A stretch of 32,396 nt of DNA, filler included, from Vermamoeba vermiformis (taxonomy: Eukaryota), in NCBI GenBank assembly GCA_045837725.1. It is 2 parts of 2 records of this genome, joined end to end, with 100 filler letters (N's around TTAATTAATTAA, not from the genome) between each part and the next. Parts side by side here need not be neighbours in the genome. Positions count along the whole stretch, not along the records: positions 1 to 12,903 come from JBEWZL010000303.1; 1 more part is not named here. One strand, given 5' to 3'. Of the stretch, positions 1-10,385 are shown piece by piece. Position 1 is the first letter of the stretch. Each line of letters opens with the position of its first letter. The position numbers and the translations under genes are program-made. Under the pieces are notes generated by a model. The model searched no databases and was not told where the DNA came from. It saw only the letters and a program-made list of their open reading frames with translations.

Positions 1-247
1 GTACAAGTGCTATTCCCAGCTGAGTCTGTCAGCGTTTTCATGCCTCACACAATTGAAAACTCTCTACGTCACGCAAGATCCGTTTGAAGAAGACGAGCTG
101 TGGGCTTTGACGACATTAGCGCACCTCAAAAAAGTTTCGTTTGGTTGGTACTTTGGCACCAAAGACTTGAGGAAGTTTTTGTCGTTGCCTGAACCACAAA
201 ACGAGCCTAGTGATAGCGAGGACGATGATATTGATGAAGATTTGTAA
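1..247 (+). CDS. 3' end of a gene, probably an LRR-containing protein with an acidic tail (partial)
   Basis: Open frame from the window edge (..FSCLTQLKTLYVTQ..LTTLAHLKKVSF..SDSEDDDIDEDL*) with LxxLxxL periodicity; 5' part lies outside the window. Confidence 0.5.
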   Translation, partial: YKCYSQLSLSAFSCLTQLKTLYVTQDPFEEDELWALTTLAHLKKVSFGWYFGTKDLRKFLSLPEPQNEPSDSEDDDIDEDL

Positions 248-373
248 CCTGATCCATAGCACAATTTTCAATAAAGACCAAAAATTTTGTTTTGAGGCAA
301 CAAACAGTACAAATTGTGTCAAAATTTTGTTTTAATAAGCTGGTAATATTAATTAAAATAGTAGCAACTATTA

Positions 374-2247
374 TTAGTGTTCACACAATGAGAAAGGTCG
401 TTCCCAAATCTCTTCGTTGTTCGTGTCGAAGAAATATTTGCGTTCTTTCATCAACTCTTCGCGGTGCTTCTTTGCCACGTCAAGTGACATGGGCCAGTCA
501 TTTTGTTTCATAATAATGTCGCGGATCTCGTTGGGCAGCGTATCGAACAAAGTGTCATCGTTCTTTTCAACTTCCATTCTGAACCATTCAGCCTGTTGAG
601 GCGGGACACGTGCAGTCGACAAAACAGGAGTGGCTGGATCGACCAAAAAGAAGCAAAGAATCTTTCTGTGACCAGGCTTGGTCGGATCTGCCAACTTGAA
701 TGGCTTGACTTTGTGTTGGTACAAGTTCGGGAACACGATGCATCGGTCTTGCTCGGTCAACACACCGCCTAATGGCTGCACCAAGGCCTCTTCATTTAGC
801 AGTCCGTATATCGCTTCAACACCACGGTGATCGCCTTGTTCGTAGTCAGGCTCGCGCACAGCCAATCGGAACTCGAGCTTGGACTCGGTGATATTTTCAG
901 TGTCGTAGTAATAGATGCCAGTAGCGATGATACGCTCGTTCTCCATGCCTTCAATGTGCCAGACACCTCCATTGTATTCGGGCTTTTCAGGGGTCAAATG
1001 GATGTTGGCGAGCTTGGTGATGACTTGCACAGTTCGGCCCTTCAAATCAACGACTGTTTTGGGCTCGGGGACTCCTTCGAATGTTGGCACTTTGGGCTGG
1101 ATCGGGTCGCGGTTTTCGCGCCACTCGTAGTACTGATCATCGTCGTCAAAGTCTTCTTCAGTCTTGTCTTCTGGCGGGTACTCAATGTTGCCTGCAATGC
1201 GATTTTCACGTGGGTACAAAGCCTCTGTCAGGGTCTTATTGTAAAGGGGGATGAAACGTTCAAAGATCTGTTCAAGCGTCTTGTACAAGTCCGCGTGAAT
1301 GTGAGGGTGCAAATTGTTGATGTACGAGTCGATCTTGACTTTGCCGTCTTCTGCGATCTTGAACTCGGATGGCAACCACTGGTACTTTTCAGACTTGCCA
1401 GGCATCGGTGGACGAACGCTATGGCATCATTAATATTATTCCTATATATATTATAATGATGCACTTACACTGAGGCAGGATGAGAGAATTGTTGGAAGTG
1501 ATCCGGATTTCGGCGGTAGCAGTTGGCACCGTAGGCACAAGGAGGAAGCTTGCTGTCGTCGAACGGAGCCTCTTTTTCAACTTCACCTGCTCCCAAGAAC
1601 TCTTTCCAAGGCAAGGGTTTGCCGTCAGTCACACGACTTACGCCGTGAATGTACGGAAATAGCGACGGATGCACCAAATCCAAAACTTGATTGTTTGAAT
1701 TGGGATGCCAGTCTTTGTGCGCATCATCGACGTTCTCAAGCACAGCAACGCCTTTGAGAAGGTCTTCGCGGATTTCTTTGGGGATCAGATCGTCCGCTTG
1801 ATAAACTCCGTCGACTGGCGAAGGAACCACAACGCCGTCCACAAGTTTAAGGAAATGATTCTCGAGCTCGTCGAAAACGTACTTGATTGATTCGTCTGAA
1901 GCGCCTAATCAAAGCATTTAAGGTCAGAATTAAGTAAGAATTCGACATCCAGTTCCGGATTTACCTTGTGCTTTCGCTTCTTCCATCCATTTCTTCTTGA
2001 TCTCAGGCTTTAGAAGTTTTTCAGCCCAACCTCGCTTTTCTCTAATGCAAGCGCTCAGTTGCATCAGCTGCAATTCCACTACCGTTTTTGGTGGTGCCCC
2101 AGATTCGTAGTCTCCTTCTAAATCGAAAACGGTGGGAAAACGCTCGCTCAAAGGGTTTTTGGGGATTGTAGAAGTATCCATCTTTTGTTTCTTGGCTGCT
2201 GGTTCGTTATCAGAAGAGTCTCCGACGTGCTTTCTTTTAGGAGGCAT
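374..2247 (-). CDS. DUF4246-family (2OG-Fe(II) dioxygenase-like) protein with an inserted PBZ zinc finger; 3 exons (2247-1965, 1904-1469, 1418-374)
   Basis: GT-AG splicing joins three ORFs in frame. Motifs DWHPNSNNQVLDLVHPSLFP, YQWLPSEF, SYINNLHP, QVITKLANIHLTPEKPEY, WHIEG, FPNLYQH, GHRKILCFFLVDP and ERPFSLCEH match DUF4246. CAYGANCYRRNPDHFQQFSHP is a PBZ motif. NLS-like PPKRK..AAKKQK at the N-terminus. Confidence 0.85.
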
Positions 2248-2603
2248 TCAATGCGATCTATTAAAAATTAGGTGAATATTTGCCACACTACATTTATTGG
2301 AAATTAAAATCGCATTTGGTGGACTAACAGATCTTGTCAAAAACAAATCCCGCCAAAATTCCAGGCACCGATTTAAAATATAGTCAATCCATAAAAAATT
2401 GATTATAATAATACTTACATGTGGCTATTAAATGAGCGACAAAACAAACTACGGTTTAGAGGAAAAAATCTTTACCCCAGGAATTTCTTAAAGCACGTGC
2501 TGCCCTGGTGGACCAAAATGTTCACCCGCGTAGATATTGGCTTGTGTTCATATAAATTTAACAACAATGCGATTATTGAACGCAGTTTATTTGTGTTCAG
2601 ATC

Positions 2604-5600
2604 TTATGCACCAAAGTCCATTGGTACAGGGACTACTCGGAACCGTGGCGATGAATCGACAGCAATTTTTTTGAGGGTAATTGAGGTGCAGTAAGATCTG
2701 GCCACGAACGAATAATCATTGGTTGCGGATGTCGCCATAAAAATATTCCAGAACCTAACATTAGCAAACGGATCTTTCCATTTTAGCGTGTAATCCATAT
2801 ATTCTTTTCCTGTATATTAAAAAAGAATTAGAATGCGAAGGGGTCATTTTAATGTACTGAATATATGATTCAGTATATTACCTTCGTAAATAGAGTCAGA
2901 GTGCCAATTTGTGTCAATATGAACTTCTTCCGTATCATACGGAATCTTTTCGATATGATTTCGCATTAATAGCAGTCCCAAGTAGATCTTCTGGTTCTGT
3001 TGAAATTTCGGGCGAGGACCTTGTAACGGCCAACCAATGAGCTGAAAGTGGTGGTGATACGCGACTAATTGAATTGACGTTATCGTTGCAGATAATTTTG
3101 ACAACACGAACATTCGTTGCTGCCATTCACCGTGGCTGATAGTCTTAGTAGGTTTCACTAGCGTTGTATTTGGTCGGTTTGTCGACGCGGCAACAGTGTC
3201 AGATGTCAACACAAGTGTCACTCCGGTTGACATTTTGATCAATAATGCAATATCCGCTGCTGAATTTGAATGTGATTTTTTCACGAAGTAGCTGATCTCC
3301 AATTCGTCAACGCCAGTTAAATCAAATTCGGTTCTGAACAACGTCATGCTGCTTGTTTGAAGGTCCGTTGGAATTTCAAGTTCGTTCGGCACCGAAAAAT
3401 CGACTTCAATGGCATTGCTTCCATCAAAGGCTACTTTATCCGTCAATCTGAACTGCGCTTTGTTTTCAATCACGTCGTCAAATGTCACGACAGCATCTTG
3501 GGCCAGCAAATTGTTCCAAGGCTCATCTTTCACTTTCTTTCCGTTCATGAACAGATTTGGACCACAGCCAGTATTAAATGACGTTGCAAATGGCAGTTTG
3601 TTTGGTACCGGCCTTGGCGCAATGAATCGTGAAAATTTCATGGCTGGATTAGGTTTCAAAGCGATCATCAATGACGGCGCGTCAATTTTTGTTCCATAAT
3701 GTCCGGCCCAATACTCCGCTGACTTGCCAGAATCCTCCCACACAATAAATCTCGCTCCTTTGCCGTAGTTGCTGATATGGATTGATTTTTGTTCCCACTT
3801 GTCGGTGCATTTTAATTCACCTACAACGAGTTAGGGTCAGTCTTTTAGTATCAATTGTTCATACCTGTCGAGTACTCATGTACGAGCTGTTTGTTTTCAT
3901 TCAACAGCTTGATCTTCAGGCAGTAAGGGTCGCTGAAGTCAGGTCCTGTGCCTTGTATCCATTCTGACGCTTCAATGAGCGGCTCTTCATCGAGATCTTG
4001 AGTCGTGAATCCCAACTACAAAATAATTATAAGAAGTTTAAACGAATAAACTTATCTTGCCTAATTAGGAAATTCATATTTGCAAAGACACCATGAGACG
4101 CCTGACTGCAGTTTCGATAAGTTCAAGACTTACCTTGACTAAATCAAACTCCATTTCTCGCACGCACCAATCAAAACTCGTCACGAAGACTGAAGTACGA
4201 GTCTGTTTCGGTCTGATCTCTGAACGGCTGTCATCATTTTCAAGTGCCTTCCAGCCATTGCCACCATTCTCAATAATATTCCAATCTCCTTTGTGCACTT
4301 GAAACAACTCTAAAATAACATCGCGATAAATTTTCACTCTTAAAAGTTAATTACTGCGCACCTGTAGAGTCCTTTCCGAGCCAAAATTTCTCTTCGGCAC
4401 GCAGCCATTTTGTTCTGCTAAGCGAGCCTACTTCTTCAAGGGTCCAACCTAATAAGGAAAATTAAACAATGTTTGGAAAATTCAAGAGTGTGTCGGATCT
4501 TACTTGGTGCAAAGAGTGCGTAGCTCAAGTCGTATTTTTGAATGAATTCCATGGCTAAATATGAATTAAATCCTCCTCCGCCGTATACTCCACGTCCAAA
4601 CACGTCAATACCGACATAAACATCGTGTCGTCTGTTGAACTGGTTGGCAATTTCAACCGACTTTTTCAACTTCTCGTCGTTCCATCGGTAATTCAAGAAT
4701 ATTCCGTCGCATCTAAAAATAGATTAATAAAATATTTGCAAAGTTATGGATTGCCTTTTTTACGTACTTTTCAAAGAACGCCATGTTATTCTCGTTCAGT
4801 GAATCTTGCCATTTTAGGTCACCGTGCACCGTGACACTATCGTACCATAATACGACTGAATTTTCTATTCGTTGGTGGCAGGCTATAGTCATATACTCGA
4901 CAAATTCTAGTAATTTGAAGATGTACTCAGGAGCAACTTTGCATTCGATATTAAAGAACCAGCCATCAAATCCATAATGTTCCGCAATATCAATCAACTT
5001 ATTGGCGTAGTAGAATTCATCGCCTGGCTTGCCATCGACCAGTCTTTGCAACTCTTTTTCGGCCTGTTCCCACTCGGTAATAATTGTTCCGAGTACTTTA
5101 ACTCCATTATTATGCGCAGCATTGATCCATCCAGAGGCTATGAAAGCACATTAATAAGGCTCAGTCTCATATGAACATTTGACTTACGTGGTATTGTAAT
5201 TGTGTGGTGTGAAAAATAAATAAAAGTGTCGATAAACTGCCAGTACGTGAAATTGTAAGCATGTTCTTCATTGGTGCCTTGCAAATATTTGTCGTTTAAA
5301 TAGCCGCCTAAGCAATATTACGTTAACAAACTTCCCGGCGAAAAAAATGTGACACGTGCCTTTGAGGTCATGGCAATGAATCATCTTCGGTCCAGCACGA
5401 TCTTTTCTCGGCCCTAGTGGGACCTTCAGTGCACCAACGGGACTGGGAGTCCATTTATCAAGTTCATCGATCGATCTTAACGGCTCAATGGCTAGTACTT
5501 GTGGCTCAATACCATCTGAAACACGGATTAAAAATTTAATTGATAAAAGTAAAGAGTACCTTGAGGATAATTCGGTTTTGATGACTTTGACGACTTCGGG

Positions 5601-6413
5601 ACGGTTGATAATTTAAATGAGGAGATAAATCCTTTGAAGCTTCTGTAACAACGAATTAGAACTCGATCTGGCAGTCAATCGGACCCACGACTTACCGATT
5701 ATTTTCAGCAGATTTGCCAATAAAAAATGTGTTATTAATGGGTTTTGATAAATGATCGATTTTAATTGTAGCATTAGTCTCCTCATTAACTTGGATAAAA
5801 ACCTGCTTCGATCCGAACTCAAACTCTACGCCAACAAAAGCCCTAAATATATTAAAAATAAATCATAAATACTTATTTCGTACCATTTATACAGCGGAAT
5901 CGAACTTTGGCTCTTCCATACTGTCAAAAAAATGAATTACTCCTAGATCGCGAGTGAAAAGCCTTTCTTACCTTCTTTCTGGTTGATTTTCAGTATAATT
6001 CGCTTCTCTCTGCTTAATAGCACCGCAACGTCGTATTTATTCGGAAAAGGTCCGACCGAGAAGAGAACCGCCTCGTCATCTTTAGGTACATCCAGTGGAA
6101 ATACGTGCAGTTGATAATTTAATGTATCATAAGATGTGCTAGTATTTATATTGCATTTTTGTATTAAAGATGATTGCCTAAGGGTAAATAGAGCGTTAGA
6201 AATGAATTTGAATTGATCTAAAATCCTTCTTTGCACCAAAAATTGAAATAAAAATTTTCGAATATTCAAATATAATATGGTAGCTAAAATGCAATTGATG
6301 ATATTAAGAAAATCGCGAATCTTGTGCTCTAAATATTTGGCGGCCTGCTTGTAGACCTATGTCGGCACTTACCCGTCGAAATATGTTTCGTTATGAATAA
6401 ATACGTGTTCCAT
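2604..6413 (-). CDS. ENGASE: Endo-beta-N-acetylglucosaminidase (GH85), multi-exon, with N-terminal LamG/ConA-like domain and internal FBA (Fbs1-like) domain
   Basis: Spliced reading gives HCHDLKGGY, YWQFIDTFIYFSHHTITIPP, WINAAHNNGVKVLGTIITEW, YGFDGWFFNIE (catalytic N-x-E), WYDSVTVHGDLKWQDSLN, VYVGIDVFGRG and LPFATSFNTGCG. The start at 6413 (MEHVFIHNETYFDG|QSS) is inferred from in-frame splicing. Confidence 0.88.
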
Positions 6414-6486
6414 ATGATTATTTTTGCCCTTCCACTGTGTTTGTGTAAGCAAACTAAAATTGTTATTTTCTTTTGGCAATTTCAAT

Positions 6487-7895
6487 ATGTTACGGCTCGT
6501 GCGAACATCTGCAACGGTGTTAAGAAGGTCTAAGGGCCTATCTTCATATTCAAAGCAAGCTACACGATTATTTTCTGCACAAGTGAAATTGACGAGCAGA
6601 TCGAGCAAGAATAGAGCAGTATTTGCTGCCAAGCCAACCATCAACAAATTGTCGGCAAAATTTTATAGCACAAATCAGAGTGAATCGAATAATGGCCAAA
6701 TTGCAAATAACACCACCGACACAAGGTAAATCCAAATTTTACAACATTTGTTCGAATTTTTAAAAATACTACATCACCTAGGACGTTATTAATATTACCA
6801 CATGCGATAATATCATAAATAATATTTAATTTAATTGAAGATATTATTTAAAGAAGTAAACTCACGATATTTAGTAATCTGCGCATAAAAATTCTCGAAG
6901 CCGCACTCCGTCACGTGCCTAAATATGGCTGGTCTGTTGAGATCCTCAGTAAAGCTGCCGAAGAAAATAATCTTCCGCCAATTGCACACGGTGTCGTGGA
7001 TGTACGTGACAAAAGATCCAAAGTCATCTGGCGTACCATCACTAACAATTATTCCAGGGCCCATTAGATTTAGTGCGATATTTTATTGATAAATGCAACC
7101 GTCAAATGATTGATGACTTGGAAAAGATGGAAAATTTCAACGGGTAAGTTCACGCATAAAAATCAAAAATTGCTTGAATTAATTGTAGCTCGACAAAATT
7201 GCTTGAAGTACTTCTAGGGCGACAAAATTAATTAAATATTGGTGCTGTATTACATATATTATATATACATATATTAATGTTTTGCTTTCTGCTCAGGTTG
7301 ACCTTGAAACAAAAATACAAAGAAATTATCAAGCTCCGCTTGTCGTACAATATTCCTTACATTAGTCGATGGTCCGAAGTAAGTAGCAACCATATATATA
7401 TAATACTATATATAGTATAGCACATTGTTGCTAGAATCAATTAGGCTCCAAATTGGACATGTCCTCGGTTAAACTTGTGCGCGTGTCATACTTGGCGGTG
7501 ACACGTGTCATTTACTAATTATCAATGGTCGGTATCTTATATATTATATTACACTAGGCCCTGGCCTTATTAGCACACCCCATTGCATTGCCTACTTCGC
7601 TCAAAACACTCGCGCAGCTGGCCGACGAGATCGCGTACCAGACTGGTGATGATTCCACTAACGTACGTCACTGTATACGAGTTATTTTGCTTGCCTCGGC
7701 AGATAAAACTAACAGAACATTATTATTATAGCTTGATTGGTATGCCAAGCGCGCTGCAATTACTGGCTTGTACACATCCACAGGTACCGTTTTTTAACTC
7801 TTCAGCCTTTAATTTGGCTATGTATATACGCTATCGTGCAAAGAATACGATATTGTATATTAGAGAGAACGGTTGTTGAAATTTAGATATTTAAT

Positions 7896-7927
<32 letters not shown>

Positions 7928-8179
7928 CCTTCTTTTAGGGAGTTCGTAGAGCGTCGAATTGAGGATTTGGTTTGGCTCTCAAAAGCAAAATCAAACTTGG
8001 GTACTTTAGTCTCAACCGCCGCATCTGGAGCTTTTTCGATTATCAATGGTTTGATTAATAGTAATAGTCGAGGACAAGGATACAATAGTAATTATAATAA
8101 CAATCGAGGCCAGCCTACTCATGAAAATTCTTCGCAGTCCAACAATAGTGCTGTTGATCAGCATAAGCCAACTCATTAA
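6487..8179 (+). CDS. COQ9: Ubiquinone biosynthesis protein COQ9, mitochondrial, multi-exon; one internal exon appears to be missing
   Basis: Arg/Ser-rich presequence MLRLVRTSATVLRRS; motifs KILEAALRHVPKYGWS, IKLRLSYNIPYISRWSE|ALALLAHP, LADEIAYQTGDDST, LDWYAKRAAITGLYTST and EFVERRIED. Confidence 0.85.
7896..7927 (+). repeat. Poly-T homopolymer (~32 nt) in a COQ9 intron
   Basis: Directly visible run of T just upstream of a TTTAG acceptor. Confidence 0.9.
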
Positions 8180-8502
8180 ATCTTGATTTCAAAATTAATC
8201 TTACGACTATAATAATAACTATATTCTTTTTGATTCTCGTGCACACCTGATGTTCAAGCAATCATACTCTGGAGCTTACTTCGTCATCGCACGAAACGCT
8301 TCATTCTGGGCAACTGAAGTTTAATGCCTAAAACACCATTAAAGCGGAGCGGAGTTCGGTCCGGAAAACCCGCAATAACCGAGATTTCGCTAAATATCTC
8401 TAATTCATCTCGCGAATTGTTTGTGACATTAAAGTCATAAAGCGATTGAATAGCTTCAAACAATTTTTTTTTGTTACCATCCAATATCTGCATAAGAAGA
8501 AG

Positions 8503-10259
8503 ATGCTTCTCAAATACGTACCTTTACTATTGTTAGTATAGCCGTTTTTATGTTGGTGTGAAGGAACCGTGTTTTTTGGAATGTTTTAAATGTTCGAAAT
8601 GATTCATTCGAGATCTACGGGTGACAGACAGGTCCCCACTGGCCAATCGCTTCACGCCTCTGCGTAGATTTCAAACGAAATCTAGATTAAGTGATTCGCG
8701 CTTGGCTCGAGCGTTCGCAGCTGCTACATCACTGTTCGCCCCAAAAGATGTGCTATCGTTGCCAATCAGAGCAAGCTACTTCAAAACACAAATGTACGAG
8801 AGACGATTGTAAATTTGGTTAGACACCGTCCAATCAACGTGCGGCTTGCTCTAATAGGCAGATCCATGTTAGGTGAGACGCATACCATCTGTTGCTGCGA
8901 TCCCCTGGCTAAGTCAACCGCTAGGTAGCAGGGGATCTGGTATCGCTGTCATGTCAGCAAGAGATTCCCCTCAGTTATCGTGAATCATTTCGAACATTTA
9001 AAAACATTTAAAAGTGTGATTTAATTCTGACCAAGATAAAAACGGCTATACTTGTACAACACAGCATTGCCGTTTATCCGGTGATCTACCAGAAAACCAC
9101 GTTCTTCACAAGCTTACCGAGAACGGGAGTAGCGGCAACATCTGCTGGAAGTTTTGCATTGTTTGCTGGTGGTATTACCAGGTTTGACAACGTTTCGGAT
9201 GTGGTGGATGTTTTCAACACTGAAACTCGTCAGTGGTCGACTGCAAAATTAAGCCAACCAAGATTAAATGCTTATACTGCGTCAGTTGGACAACTAGCTC
9301 TCTTTGCTTTTGGTGAGGTTGGAAATGTTTCCAAAACTGTTGACATTTTTGACGCAGCCAGTGGGGAGTGGTCTACGTATCCACTCTGCACTGAAGTAGC
9401 ATCAATAACCGCAACAACCTACGTTGGCAACTATACATTGTATTGGGGAGAAGCTAATAACGCAACTGTAGTTTGCCGCTTCGATCCGATCGCACATCAA
9501 TGGACAGTTAAAGAAATAGGCCCTTACCGTCACAGAGTTCCGGCTGCAGCTTCTGTTGGCAAGTACGCCCTCTTTGCTGGCGGAACGTTGGAACTTAATG
9601 GAACTACAACCAAGACCAATCTTGTTTCAATATTTGATTCAGAAACACTCCAATGGTCCACGGCAACACTTAGTCAAGCAAGATATAGTCTAGCAGCAAC
9701 TTCGACTGGTGATTATGCATTCTTTGGTGGTGGTCTTGCTTCGTCGAGTCCGCCAGCTTTCTGTGACGCAGTTGATATCTTTGATGCCAAAACTCTGACG
9801 TGGAGTGTTACTTCTTTAAGCAGACCCAAATCCTACTTAGCGGCGACTGCAGTTGGACCTTATGCGATTTTTGGCGGAGGATTCTCTCAAACTAAGAACG
9901 CCCCTGACGTGGACATCTTTGATACAACGACAAAACTCTGGACTTACGCAAACCTGGCTAGCGGGCGATACCAATTGACTGCTACTTCTGCCGGAAAATT
10001 TGCATTCTTTGCAACCGGAAATGATGATCAATCCCTGCCGTCGGGCACAATCGATCTATTCGAGTTTCCAGAATTGTCTGCAACACCAACGGCGAGCAAC
10101 ACACCTGCTATAGTCGTGCCCGTCCCTACATCTAGCACTTCGAACAGCAATGTTCCGGTTGAATCTCCTGTCACTGTTACATCAGAGGCTTCGTTGCATT
10201 CGGCATCGCTCGTTTGGGTTGCATGTCTAGGATTTTTACTCCTTAACGAGCTAATCTAA
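8503..10259 (+). CDS. Secreted, probably GPI-anchored kelch-like beta-propeller protein; signal-peptide coding region interrupted by an insertion
   Basis: Repeats of W-x-T-A-x-L-S-x-x-R-x-x-L-A-A-T-S-x-G-x-x-A-x-F-x-GG..VDIFD, an S/T/P-rich stalk and a hydrophobic C-terminus (SEASLHSASLVWVACLGFLLLNELI). ATG 8503 (MLLKYVPLLLLV) joins LVQHSIAVYPVIYQK in frame when 8539-9050 is removed. Confidence 0.75.
8539..9048. mobile_element. Non-autonomous TIR element (MITE-like, TA target duplication, Tc1/mariner-type geometry), 510 bp
   Basis: Outer inverted repeat TAGCCGTTTTTATGTTGGT (8539-8557) / ACCAAGATAAAAACGGCTA (9030-9048), one mismatch. Inner inverted repeat AATGTTTTAAATGTTCGAAATGATTCA (8580-8606) / 8981-9008. 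TA at 8537-38 and 9049-50. Excision restores the host reading frame; no transposase ORF. Confidence 0.8.
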
Positions 10260-10385
10260 TTTGAGCAATAAAATGTATTTGAATGTAACCCTTCAACGCA
10301 ATTGAACTATGAGAGCTAAAAATTCAGTTTCCTTAGAGGTAAAGCGTTGCAATTTGCTGCGATAGTCTGTTGCAAAATTTAAATT

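Noticed and set aside
827-1456. 209-aa + strand ORF and other antisense ORFs (e.g. 17274-17591, 23724-24041, 25632-25964, 30063-30374)
   Set aside because: They are shadows of well-supported genes on the opposite strand and carry no motifs.
8607-8980. Group I intron, RNase P/MRP RNA or Fanzor omegaRNA identity for the structured insert
   Set aside because: I could not find convincing P/Q/R/S or CR-I/CR-V motifs, and there is no nuclease ORF nearby; kept only as an unassigned structured region.
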